Positions 46,888-55,220 of a stretch of DNA of 64,000 nt are shown here, piece by piece. Origin of the DNA: a virus; IMG/VR virus record IMGVR_UViG_3300045391_004297, positions 13,037 through 77,036 of that record; one strand, written 5' to 3'. The notes below the pieces were generated by a model. The model was not told where the DNA came from. It worked only from the letters and a program-made list of their open reading frames with translations, and ran no database searches. How positions within the stretch are numbered: the stretch's first letter is position 1; every line of letters starts with the position of its first letter. A program made the translations under genes and the position numbers.

Positions 46888-48171
46888 CTATTCCGTGGCG
46901 CTGAAGCTCACCGGAGGAACGACAAACGACGCCTCATCGTCGTCGTCTTCCGGCTGGGGCGGCGTGACGTCATCCACCGGAATCTGGAAAGACGGCAGGT
47001 CTTCGTTCTTACGCAACGAAAGCTGCTTGACTTCCTGACCCGTGATGTACTTGTTCCACGCCTTGATGAACAGGCCCAAGTGGTGCCAGGCCGTCCGGTT
47101 TTGCGTACCGGGCTTATTGGTGTGCGTACGCAGCACCTGCCGAGCATCGGTTTCCGGAAGGTTCGCCCCAACGATGATGCCTTCGATGAAATCGACCACA
47201 GCGGGGTCGTCCTCACCGATCAGATCGTAGAGCTTGTACACGCCAGCCGCCGCCGCAGAGGCATTGAGCCGACACGCCCGCCACATGAGCTGAGCCTTGG
47301 CGCTCGCCAATTGCAGCACATCGCCGGTAAGGCGATCCGCGTCAAAAGGCTTCATGATGTAGCTGTCAATCTCGGCATTGGAAACCTTGGAGGTCAATGC
47401 ACGACGCGGGTATTCGTCATAAATGAGCACCAGACGCGCGGCAGTACCAACCCGATTGCGGTTACCAAACCCTCGACGGGACACCACATCGCCAAACGTG
47501 CGACGCAGCCCATTGTCGATCGCCGAGAAGTTCTCCGGCGGCATGCCGACGCTGACCTGCATCTCACATGGAATTCCAGAAGTGACAATCGCGGTGAGTC
47601 GGTGCTGGCCATCCTGAAGGATAGCTTCAGTATCCAACGCGATACCCTGGTGGGTGTAGTGCCAGTTACCCGACTCGATGGTGTTGACCCAACGCTGCAC
47701 TTCCGGCTGACGAATCGGCCGGTTGTTCTTGTTGAGGTCAAGCAGTGCGCTTGCCCATTCCGGCGTGATCAGTACCCGTTCGAATGTCTTCGGCACCGGG
47801 TACGGACTGACCAGTTGCTGCAACGTGACCCGAGCCTGACCAGAAGCCTTGGCCAACGAATCGGCGTACTTCTGAGCCTTGTCCAGGTCCTGCTGGTTTT
47901 TCTCGCGAACCACCTTGAGGCGCGATTGGCGGTCCTCTTCCTTCAGACGAGCCCACTCCTGCTCAGCCTCGGAAAACCCGATCTCATCGAGCTTCTGCAT
48001 CACCCGCTTGGCAGCGTTGACGTCCGAAGGTGTCAGGTGAATCGCCACGCCCTTTTCCGGACGGGTCGGATTCCAGATGGTCGGCTCCCCATTACGGGTG
48101 AACGTCACCGACCAGCCCATGGCACGGGCTCGTTTCGTGATTTCACTGGCAAAGGTTTGACGAGTTGCCAT
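46888..48171 (-). CDS. HicA-like N-terminal domain fused to ParB-like DGQHR domain
   Basis: GW.V..T.NG......P.....IHLTPSD; ITPEWA..LL..N..NR, DGQHRL.AI. Confidence 0.7.
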   Translation of the reverse strand: MATRQTFASEITKRARAMGWSVTFTRNGEPTIWNPTRPEKGVAIHLTPSDVNAAKRVMQKLDEIGFSEAEQEWARLKEEDRQSRLKVVREKNQQDLDKAQKYADSLAKASGQARVTLQQLVSPYPVPKTFERVLITPEWASALLDLNKNNRPIRQPEVQRWVNTIESGNWHYTHQGIALDTEAILQDGQHRLTAIVTSGIPCEMQVSVGMPPENFSAIDNGLRRTFGDVVSRRGFGNRNRVGTAARLVLIYDEYPRRALTSKVSNAEIDSYIMKPFDADRLTGDVLQLASAKAQLMWRACRLNASAAAAGVYKLYDLIGEDDPAVVDFIEGIIVGANLPETDARQVLRTHTNKPGTQNRTAWHHLGLFIKAWNKYITGQEVKQLSLRKNEDLPSFQIPVDDVTPPQPEDDDDEASFVVPPVSFSATE

Positions 48172-48203
48172 GGTTTCTCCATTTTGGGTGGAGACTTATC
48201 GCC

Positions 48204-48380
48204 TTACTGGTTGACGATTTCGCCCCCGAACTTGACGACCCTGGACATCCATGCCAGAGCCTCCTCCTCGCAGTACTCCCGCTGCTCGTCTTCGTTCATC
48301 TCTTCCCAATCTGCGGGCGTTTCGATGAACTTTTCCTTCGCAGCCACCGGATTGATAAACAACCGGATCTTGGGCATCAT
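48204..48380 (-). CDS. small acidic protein
   Basis: AAAGGAAG RBS. Confidence 0.55.
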   Translation of the reverse strand: MMPKIRLFINPVAAKEKFIETPADWEEMNEDEQREYCEEEALAWMSRVVKFGGEIVNQ

Positions 48381-48408
48381 CTTCCTTTCGGCCGAAATTA
48401 GTGATGCG

Positions 48409-48499
48409 TGCCCCGACCTGGAATCGAACCAGGAACACCTACGCCTAAAGGCCAACGGGATTGGTTACCCGCCGTGCTCTGCCATTGAGCTATCGGGGC
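48409..48499 (-). ncRNA. aberrant tRNA-like RNA
   Basis: GCCCCGA/TCGGGGC acceptor, GCTC-AATGGCA-GAGC D arm, CCTGG-TTCGATT-CCAGG T arm; 7-bp anticodon stem, 8-nt loop, extra hairpin. Confidence 0.75.
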
Positions 48500-48506
48500 G
48501 ACCTTG

Positions 48507-49394
48507 CTAAACGGCTTTCCAGTCGGTGACTTCGTACTTGCCGTAACCCTGCGAGCGCGAAGCGCCGATACCCTGCTGCTCCCCGGTGAGCCACAGCAGG
48601 GCCCACTCTTTGTCGGAGAAGTCGTAGTCGGTGGTCACGTGGAATTCCAGCACCGCGTTTTCCACGTACTCTTCGTACTGGATGCCAGAACCCCGGAAGG
48701 TGTGCACGAAGCGCTGGTTGATCCCAGTGGGCTCACCCTTGACCGGCTCGTTGAGGTAGATGCGCGTCTCGGGCACGAACACGTGCTCAGCGAAGAACGA
48801 CAATGTGCCCTTGCGGGTCGGACCCCAACGCTCCTTGGGCCAACGCACATTCGCCGCTTCCTTGATGGCGGCCTTGGCCTGGCGACCCTCGATGTACAGG
48901 CCGTTTTTGGGATCACGCTTGAACCCGTTGAGGTGCTTGTTCATGTTGACGATCTTGGTGGCTTCGTTGATGTCCACGCCCTTGTCGAGCATGACCTCAG
49001 CGACCATTTCGCGGATGACGTCTTCCTTGTCCACGCCAAGCTTGGTCTTGAGCCAACCTTCGGCAACCTTCGGGTCAGACGGGGTACCACCGGCGATGAC
49101 CGGGACCGTCAACTGGATGCGGAAGTTGTACGGGTACGCGGTCGGGCGGTACTGTTCGAAGACAGATGCCACAGTGGGCTGTCCTTTCTGGATACGGTCA
49201 ATCAGTTCTTGGTTTGGTGCTGGTGGATTTGGATCGACCCGATTGAACCAAACCTCCTCAACAACAGGTTTCGTCGTTGTTTTGCGTTTTGGCTTCGGCT
49301 TTTCCTCGATCTCAGGTTCCACTGTTTCGAGTTCGGGATCGACAGCTCGGCTGGACCGATTGCTGCGCGTCCTGGCGGTGACGAATTCCACCAT
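48507..49394 (-). CDS. stand-alone Cas7/RAMP-like protein
   Basis: LYIEGRQAKAAIKEAA (RAMP IPG..KG..R equivalent), thumb-like GINQRFVHTFRGSGIQYEE, C-terminal Gly loop GIGASRSQGYGKYEV. Confidence 0.8.
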   Translation of the reverse strand: MVEFVTARTRSNRSSRAVDPELETVEPEIEEKPKPKRKTTTKPVVEEVWFNRVDPNPPAPNQELIDRIQKGQPTVASVFEQYRPTAYPYNFRIQLTVPVIAGGTPSDPKVAEGWLKTKLGVDKEDVIREMVAEVMLDKGVDINEATKIVNMNKHLNGFKRDPKNGLYIEGRQAKAAIKEAANVRWPKERWGPTRKGTLSFFAEHVFVPETRIYLNEPVKGEPTGINQRFVHTFRGSGIQYEEYVENAVLEFHVTTDYDFSDKEWALLWLTGEQQGIGASRSQGYGKYEVTDWKAV

Positions 49395-49408
49395 GTGGTG
49401 GCGCCTTT

Positions 49409-50077
49409 CTATTGGTTTGTCAGACGTTCATCCGGCTCGGGAAAAGCGTGGTGCCGGTCGTCTTGGCGGACCCGAGCTGAACGAGTTTTGGGCGATGTGC
49501 GCTTCGCCTCTTTTGTTTCCTTTGCCAGCGAAGCATCCGAGATTGACATCCACATCTGGGCAAGACGCTGCTCATCGTAAATGTCAGCAACCGTCTTGGT
49601 CGGATCGTCGTCCAACCGTCGGGCCAGCACATTCAAAAACGCCGCTTGCATGGCGTTTTGATCGGCTCGCTTCTGGTAGGAATCTGCCACAAAGTGCAGA
49701 TCTTTCGCGGTCATTTGAGACAGTCGCTTGCGCAGCCCGTCAGCGGTCACGTGCACCATAGCGAAGAATCCGCCGAGTGCTTCGTTGTCGCCTTCGCTGA
49801 ACTTTTTGGCTGCCTCGTTGAAAGCCATCCGATTTGCGTTGCGCCGCACATGCGTGCGCAGTGAGGCGTCTCGGCGATTGATCGCTGTTCGCACAACTTC
49901 TTTGGCTTGGAACAAAAGCCAACCGATGAGCAGGTCTTTGTCAGTTTCTGTCAGTTTGCGCACGATTTCAGCGGCGATGTTGGCTGAGTTGTAAGCACCT
50001 TCAGCCGTGTATTCATCGATCATTCGCCGCATTTCGAGGGCGTAGTTGCGATAGTAGATAGGTTCGTCTGCGGCCAT
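49409..50077 (-). CDS. helical hypothetical protein upstream of Cas7-like gene
   Basis: 222 aa, AAAGG RBS; 14-nt gap to next gene. Confidence 0.7.
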   Translation of the reverse strand: MAADEPIYYRNYALEMRRMIDEYTAEGAYNSANIAAEIVRKLTETDKDLLIGWLLFQAKEVVRTAINRRDASLRTHVRRNANRMAFNEAAKKFSEGDNEALGGFFAMVHVTADGLRKRLSQMTAKDLHFVADSYQKRADQNAMQAAFLNVLARRLDDDPTKTVADIYDEQRLAQMWMSISDASLAKETKEAKRTSPKTRSARVRQDDRHHAFPEPDERLTNQ

Positions 50078-50102
50078 GTTGCAGAGCCTTTCGTGGACAA
50101 TA

Positions 50103-50129
50103 TTACCCAGGCAAGCCCAACCAGACCGG
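50103..50129 (-). repeat. GGY-NN pentamer run in operon leader
   Basis: minus strand CC GGT CT GGT TG GGC TT GCC TG GGT AA. Confidence 0.6.
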
Positions 50130-50174
50130 TGTGGGACATGTGACCATATGGTCTACATCGATGATGTTCGATAA

Positions 50175-50735
50175 TTACAGGAGACTCAGGCCACAGCAAT
50201 TGCAGTCACAGCGGCACTCCAGCACGATGGTCCGCGCAGATCGGCGCTGCTGATATGCTATGTCATCAGCGTCCCAGTGCACAAGACCATGGGAACAAAC
50301 CCGCAGAAGGTGTCCGTTTTGCCACCTTAACGGTGCGTTTACTAGGGGATGTGTGGAAGGATGGTGGATTACACATCCACGACCCCCACATTCGGTCGGA
50401 TAGTGCACGTTGTTGAGGACTTGACCCTCGACATTAATCAGGAACCGATTATCACCCAAGTACACCGGATACTTGTCGACTCGAACCCAGGTCTTGCCAT
50501 TGTAGCGTTCGTGGTATCGTCCGCTTGGTTCAACCTGGAGACGAACTTGCCAACGTTCTGGTTGCTTTGGTGTCTCGTACTTCTCAATGAGCTGGCGAAA
50601 GTCGTCGGTGAGTTGCACCAACAGACTTCCCCGGGTTTCCTGGAGCTGCGTTGGGGTCGGATCGTTGTAAAGTCTTTGTAGCCTTTCCTGATGATCCTTC
50701 TTGTTGTGGGTTGACAAATGGGTCCGCTTTGGCAT
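50175..50735 (-). CDS. hypothetical protein with Cys/His C-terminal domain
   Basis: AAGGA RBS; C.GRGCVIHHPS.H...RVCSHG actinophage motif. Confidence 0.6.
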   Translation of the reverse strand: MPKRTHLSTHNKKDHQERLQRLYNDPTPTQLQETRGSLLVQLTDDFRQLIEKYETPKQPERWQVRLQVEPSGRYHERYNGKTWVRVDKYPVYLGDNRFLINVEGQVLNNVHYPTECGGRGCVIHHPSTHPLVNAPLRWQNGHLLRVCSHGLVHWDADDIAYQQRRSARTIVLECRCDCNCCGLSLL

Positions 50736-50919
50736 GGAGGATTGTTCCTTCGGGATGTCGATGCCAGCGGCCTTCACAGTAAGGGCACATCCAGTAGAGG
50801 ATATGCGGTAGGACCGGCCGGATTCGAACTGGAACGGCAGTGTTGTATTTGTGGTTGCGGTGTGTAAAGACAAGCGAACGGTAGCACCAAGGACAAGTTT
50901 CCCGGAGGGTATTGTCCAT
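50584..50919 (-). CDS. Zn-ribbon protein
   Basis: GAGGAG RBS; CPWC...YWMCPYC.GRWHR; long overlap with next ORF. Confidence 0.5.
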   Translation of the reverse strand: MDNTLRETCPWCYRSLVFTHRNHKYNTAVPVRIRPVLPHILYWMCPYCEGRWHRHPEGTILHAKADPFVNPQQEGSSGKATKTLQRSDPNAAPGNPGKSVGATHRRLSPAH

Positions 50920-51195
50920 TTCAACTGAACTCCTCAAAGCTTAAAGCCATGGCCTTACTCCTCCACATTTCCCGACGCGCTTTTCGGTACTCAGATTCGG
51001 CTAACCCACCACTACCATCGGGGTACGTCTCCCCCCGCCTGGGGCCATGGACATTTAGAAAGGGGCCGGGGCGCTGACACCCGGATCTTCCGCGTACTTA
51101 GCTCGGCGCCAAGCCATTCCGGAAACGGTGCTCTATTTCATCGGGGAGTTAACCGCATTTGGCAACGTCCGAATCAGCTTTTGAGCTACTCCCAG

Positions 51196-51267
51196 TGACC
51201 CGCCTGGGACTCGAACCCAGAACACGCGGATTAAAAGTCCACAGCTCTGCCATTGAGCTAGCGGGTC
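51196..51267 (-). tRNA. tRNA-Lys(UUU)
   Basis: full cloverleaf, loop CTTTTAA. Confidence 0.92.
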
Positions 51268-51441
51268 ATGTTGCAATCATGACAAATGCGATGAACAACG
51301 TGAGTGCGGCCAGAAAGATCCCAGCAATGGCTATGAGCATCGGTTCCACTTTGGACGGTCGGCGATGCGACCGAATCATGTGTGGCCGGTAATTGTCATG
51401 ACTCACGACTTGTCCGCCTCACTTACGTGCTTGGTAGTACC

Positions 51442-51954
51442 TCAACCAACCTTTTTCCAAGTTCCGCACCGCTTCGTCTCAAAATCCTGACCCCTCTTCA
51501 GGGTCACTCGCAGATTCCCGCCACCAAAGTGGTTGTTGACAATCGATCCCAGATCCTGATTGGTACCTGACTTGTAGATTGCCCAATAACAGTTACTCGC
51601 AGCGCCAATGGTTTGATAGTTGCCGACCGGGAAGTCTTCGCCAACCGTCCACGTTCCATCGACAATGGTTGGTGGCGGCGGCGGTGGTGGTGGGGGAGGC
51701 GAGATGCTTTTTGTCGGAGACGGTGAAGGTGAAGGACTCGGTGATTGCGTTTGTAGTGGCGCCGCTGCCGCATGGGTAGCAGTAGGAGTCGGTGTTGGCT
51801 TGGCACTTGGTGCCATAAGGGCAACAACTGAGACAATGCCACAAAGTACCAGTAGTCCAACAGCAGCAATAATAACTAGAACCAACCACATGGGGAGCTT
51901 CTTCTTGGGTGCTGGCATACCTCCAAGATGTTGGTTGTCATATGAATAACTCAT
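51442..51954 (-). CDS. membrane-anchored Pro-rich protein
   Basis: TM, PT/PS linker, DGTW.VGED...G.Y..CYW domain. Confidence 0.75.
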   Translation of the reverse strand: MSYSYDNQHLGGMPAPKKKLPMWLVLVIIAAVGLLVLCGIVSVVALMAPSAKPTPTPTATHAAAAPLQTQSPSPSPSPSPTKSISPPPPPPPPPPTIVDGTWTVGEDFPVGNYQTIGAASNCYWAIYKSGTNQDLGSIVNNHFGGGNLRVTLKRGQDFETKRCGTWKKVG

Positions 51955-51965
51955 CGTATTGTCTT

Positions 51966-52226
51966 TCAGGTAGTTGGGTCAGTGTAGATTACCCAGTCCT
52001 TGGCAAGGATGTCCCACTGATTTGGAATCCACGGGAATGTTACATCTGGGCTGACGAGGTAAAGATAGGGTACTGTTAGCGGACCTTGCGGGTTGGCCAA
52101 ACCAATTCGGCAACCCCGCTTTGTCCAACTTTCATGGTCGACGTTTCGGCGAACGAGGTGACCGTTGCGCATTTGCTGCAACGCCCACCCAAAGTCTCCG
52201 CCCGTAGTTACTGGTTGATTATCCAC
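51966..52226 (-). CDS. DUF2829/Tad2-like anti-defence protein
   Basis: FGWAL..MRNG..VRR..W, PW.PNQ.DILA.DW. Confidence 0.8.
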   Translation of the reverse strand: MDNQPVTTGGDFGWALQQMRNGHLVRRNVDHESWTKRGCRIGLANPQGPLTVPYLYLVSPDVTFPWIPNQWDILAKDWVIYTDPTT

Positions 52227-52227
52227 G

Positions 52228-52300
52228 AGCCTCGCGTAGGACTTGAACCCACAACCGCCGCATTACAAGTGCGGTGCTCTACCAATTGAGCTAGCAAGGC
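52228..52300 (-). tRNA. tRNA-Thr(UGU)
   Basis: full cloverleaf, loop CTTGTAA. Confidence 0.92.
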
Positions 52301-52303
52301 AAA

Positions 52304-52375
52304 CCTACCCAATAGCCGAATAGCGGTTCAGGCAGCTTCCCCACGGAGGTTAGGGAAATCCGGCTATTGGGTAGG
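52304..52375. repeat. 15-bp inverted repeat
   Basis: CCTACCCAATAGCCG ... CGGCTATTGGGTAGG. Confidence 0.85.
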
Positions 52376-52383
52376 AGCATTTC

Positions 52384-53451
52384 TTACGCCTCGAACTTCA
52401 CCCGGCGACGACGCAACACCATGACCAGGGCAATACCCAACCCAAGGGCGATTGCACCAGCACCAGCGTAGTAACCAGTGTTCGGGCCGGTCACCGGCAG
52501 GCCACCAGGCGTCGAGTGCGACACCGTAGGCACCGGAACAGACGTCGATGTGCTCGGCGAAGGCGAGGTGCAGTTCTTCGGCGCCGCCCACACGTGGTCA
52601 ATCACATGCTTGATCAGCGTGCGCTTCGGGCCTTCCGTGGTGTAGTACGTGACCGTGGTCTTGCCCGATTCAGGCTTGACAGTCACGTCCACCGTGGAAT
52701 TGGCGTCAACGACAACCTTACCGCCGTTGGCCTCAACCCCCGAAACGACGTATACCGCCTTGGCGCCGTAGGCATCGTTGGCCAGGCTGACCACTGTGGA
52801 ACCGTCACACTTGTCAGTGAACACCGGCGGTTTCGGGCAAGCCTGCCGCGATGAGCCAGTGATGTCACCCTTGTTGCCGCCATGAGCGCGATCGGCGTTG
52901 AGCCAGTACTCGTTGCACAGCTTGTAGATCCAAGCCCATTCGAACTTCAGCTCGCCAACGGTGGAAGTTTCCCCGTTTTTGAACAGTGCCTTGATCCAGT
53001 TGGTTGTGTCAAGCTGGTTGGTGTTGGTCGGAGCAGTCCAACCCTGCCAGTTTGCCGGGGCCTCGAACACGCCATTGACCGAAAGTCCGGTCTTGACGTC
53101 CAGCGCACCGCTGAAGTTGCCCTTCATGCCATCGAGCATGACATGACCCATCGGCGAAGTTGTGCCAGTTGTCACGAAGTGCCCGTTGTCCCACAACTTG
53201 ATGCTGTAGAGCCAGCCGGGAACGATGACGTCTTTCTTCGGACCACTGTCCACGAGGTGACACACTTCGTACTTGCGGGTGAAGGTGTCTTTCGCCCAGT
53301 TTCCGGCAGTGCCAGAATCGACCCGATCTGTGATCGTGACCGATCCGGTCTTGCAATCCGGCAGTTCTTGCGCGTTAGCGGTACCAATCAGTGACAGAGC
53401 ACCAATTGTTCCGAGGACCGCCGCGCTGATTGCTGCGAGGGTACGCTTCAC
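52384..53451 (-). CDS. secreted LPXTG sortase-anchored surface protein
   Basis: signal peptide ending ANA; LPVTG + TM + RRRR tail. Confidence 0.85.
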   Translation of the reverse strand: MKRTLAAISAAVLGTIGALSLIGTANAQELPDCKTGSVTITDRVDSGTAGNWAKDTFTRKYEVCHLVDSGPKKDVIVPGWLYSIKLWDNGHFVTTGTTSPMGHVMLDGMKGNFSGALDVKTGLSVNGVFEAPANWQGWTAPTNTNQLDTTNWIKALFKNGETSTVGELKFEWAWIYKLCNEYWLNADRAHGGNKGDITGSSRQACPKPPVFTDKCDGSTVVSLANDAYGAKAVYVVSGVEANGGKVVVDANSTVDVTVKPESGKTTVTYYTTEGPKRTLIKHVIDHVWAAPKNCTSPSPSTSTSVPVPTVSHSTPGGLPVTGPNTGYYAGAGAIALGLGIALVMVLRRRRVKFEA

Positions 53452-53484
53452 TTGGCTTCCTTTACGGAAAATGGATGAAATTAT

Positions 53485-53694
53485 TTAGTTGTTAATCGTG
53501 GTCAGGAAGTTCTTCCAGTCTTGCCGCGTGAACGACAACATCGGACCCTGACGGTCTTTGGTGTCCCGAACGTAAACGGTGTCGTCAGCCTTGACCTCGA
53601 CGCAGTTCATCGGTGAACGAGTGGACTTGCGCCAGTGGTACTTGACTTCCACGCATTCTCCTTCACCCATGCTGCGAGAACTCTTACGCCACAT
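53485..53694 (-). CDS. DUF397 (BldB-like) protein
   Basis: WRKSSRS...CVEV twice, VRDTKD..GP.L.F...W..F. Confidence 0.85.
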   Translation of the reverse strand: MWRKSSRSMGEGECVEVKYHWRKSTRSPMNCVEVKADDTVYVRDTKDRQGPMLSFTRQDWKNFLTTINN

Positions 53695-53992
53695 CGGTGG
53701 GCACCTCCTTGATGAAATCGGTATAATCCGGTGGCGGTTTGGGACCAATATAGAACAAGCATGAACAGTTGCTGTACGGGGTATGGCTATGTTCGCGAAA
53801 GTACTGTACCGTGCACTTACCCGTGCCCCCGTCCTTATGAGACGAGAACAAATGGTCGCAGTCACAGGTGTATTTCACCCGCTCGTCCGGTTTGGCCAAG
53901 CGTTTGCCCTGCCACATGCCGTATCGAACGAAGCCGAAACCTACCACTGTACCCGCGATAAGACCGAGATAGAACATGGTTGGTTGACTCAT
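53684..53992 (-). CDS. membrane protein with Cys/His motif
   Basis: N-terminal TM; C.CDH...H...GKC...C.C. Confidence 0.6.
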   Translation of the reverse strand: MSQPTMFYLGLIAGTVVGFGFVRYGMWQGKRLAKPDERVKYTCDCDHLFSSHKDGGTGKCTVQYFREHSHTPYSNCSCLFYIGPKPPPDYTDFIKEVPTDVA

Positions 53993-54171
53993 TTCTCAGT
54001 TTCATTTTGTGTTTTGGCTATCATGTGGTTCAGCCAACGTTTCTCGGCGTCGAGCTGACTGAAGCACTTACCCGAGTCATACCGGCCGCACGAGCAACGC
54101 GCTCTGTAGATGGGGGAAACATCGCCCACGTAGTCGAATTCATCCAGTAGGAGTTCGTGCGTCGTGGCCAT
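53989..54171 (-). CDS. small CxCG protein
   Basis: RARCSCG...H. Confidence 0.55.
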   Translation of the reverse strand: MATTHELLLDEFDYVGDVSPIYRARCSCGRYDSGKCFSQLDAEKRWLNHMIAKTQNETEK

Positions 54172-54526
54172 ATTGGGTGACCAATCGAAGATGGTATTCG
54201 CGTTCCTCGGTAGCACGTGCCTGGGAGGTTAGCGGGTCACTGAGCCAACCGCAAGCGCAGAGCTGGAAGTAATAGTAGCCAACCTTGAAACGCTTCATGA
54301 CGTGGACGCGCAGGTGCTCGTGCCTGATAGTCCACATTTGCACCAGGTGCTCACGAAGATCATACGCCGCGTCGATCTTGCGCTCATGTTCGACACCTTG
54401 CCATGGGCACATGCATTCGGCGTAGTACGGTCCGTCTTCCTCGCCCCAGATTTCGTAGAGGTAATGCTCACGCTTGGACTCTTTGAGCAACCAGTAGTGG
54501 TCCAGGAGCTTTCCCTTATTTGGCAT
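54140..54526 (-). CDS. tandem CxCGW protein (paralog of 54516)
   Basis: starts MPNKGKLLDH; two CxC..H units. Confidence 0.65.
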   Translation of the reverse strand: MPNKGKLLDHYWLLKESKREHYLYEIWGEEDGPYYAECMCPWQGVEHERKIDAAYDLREHLVQMWTIRHEHLRVHVMKRFKVGYYYFQLCACGWLSDPLTSQARATEEREYHLRLVTQYGHDARTPTG

Positions 54527-54899
54527 CTCGAACCGCCTTACTCTGGGCTCGATACGCCGCATCGGCATGTTCCCTGAATCGGTCGTGTGCGTGCTCAGTC
54601 TTGGACGAGATTGTGCACCAACCACATTCGCAAATGATCGCGAACTTGGTAGCGGTATCGTCCCAATCGCCGGACCAGGCATGGTGGTACTTGCCATGGA
54701 GTTTCCAAGCAAGCCCCATGTGGTACGCCATCATGCTGACCACTCCGGTGAAGGTCGGCTCTATGGCTTCCATCTTGCATCGGCAAATGGCCCGGTATCT
54801 CCCTTTGTCATGGAGAATTTGCTTTAAGTAGTGCGATTCACCATCTATGACAAGCCGGGTTTCGTTATGGTGATCCAGAAGTTTTCCCTTGTTGGGCAT
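54516..54899 (-). CDS. tandem CxCGW protein
   Basis: starts MPNKGKLLDH; two CxC..H units. Confidence 0.65.
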   Translation of the reverse strand: MPNKGKLLDHHNETRLVIDGESHYLKQILHDKGRYRAICRCKMEAIEPTFTGVVSMMAYHMGLAWKLHGKYHHAWSGDWDDTATKFAIICECGWCTISSKTEHAHDRFREHADAAYRAQSKAVRDAK

Positions 54900-54929
54900 C
54901 GTTGGCTCGTTTCATGGGTTGTCATTATT

Positions 54930-54956
54930 GAGGGGTTCACCCGAAGGTGAACCCCT
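54930..54956 (-). terminator. GC-rich hairpin after tRNA cluster
   Basis: AGGGGTTCACC-TTCG-GGTGAACCCCT. Confidence 0.7.
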
Positions 54957-55007
54957 GTTTTTAGTGTCCGTCACAAGAGATTCTTCGGGATCTCGTGAGC
55001 CACACCG

Positions 55008-55080
55008 TTGGCGAAGCAGGACTCGAACCTGCAACACCGGCCGTGTGAAAGCCGTGCTCTACCACTTGAGCTATTCGCCA
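55008..55080 (-). tRNA. tRNA-Val(CAC)
   Basis: cloverleaf, loop TTCACAC. Confidence 0.88.
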
Positions 55081-55139
55081 TGGGGCGGAAGGATACGATC
55101 TTCCGCCTTTTATCTGTTGGTGACGTGGAGGCGTCTCCG

Positions 55140-55212
55140 CTGACCAGACAGGACTCGAACCTGTAGCCATCCGGTTAACGGCCGGAAGCTCTGCCAATTG
55201 AGCTACTGGTCA
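55140..55212 (-). tRNA. tRNA-Asn(GUU)
   Basis: cloverleaf, loop CCGTTAA (C33). Confidence 0.88.
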
Positions 55213-55220
55213 ATTTCAGG

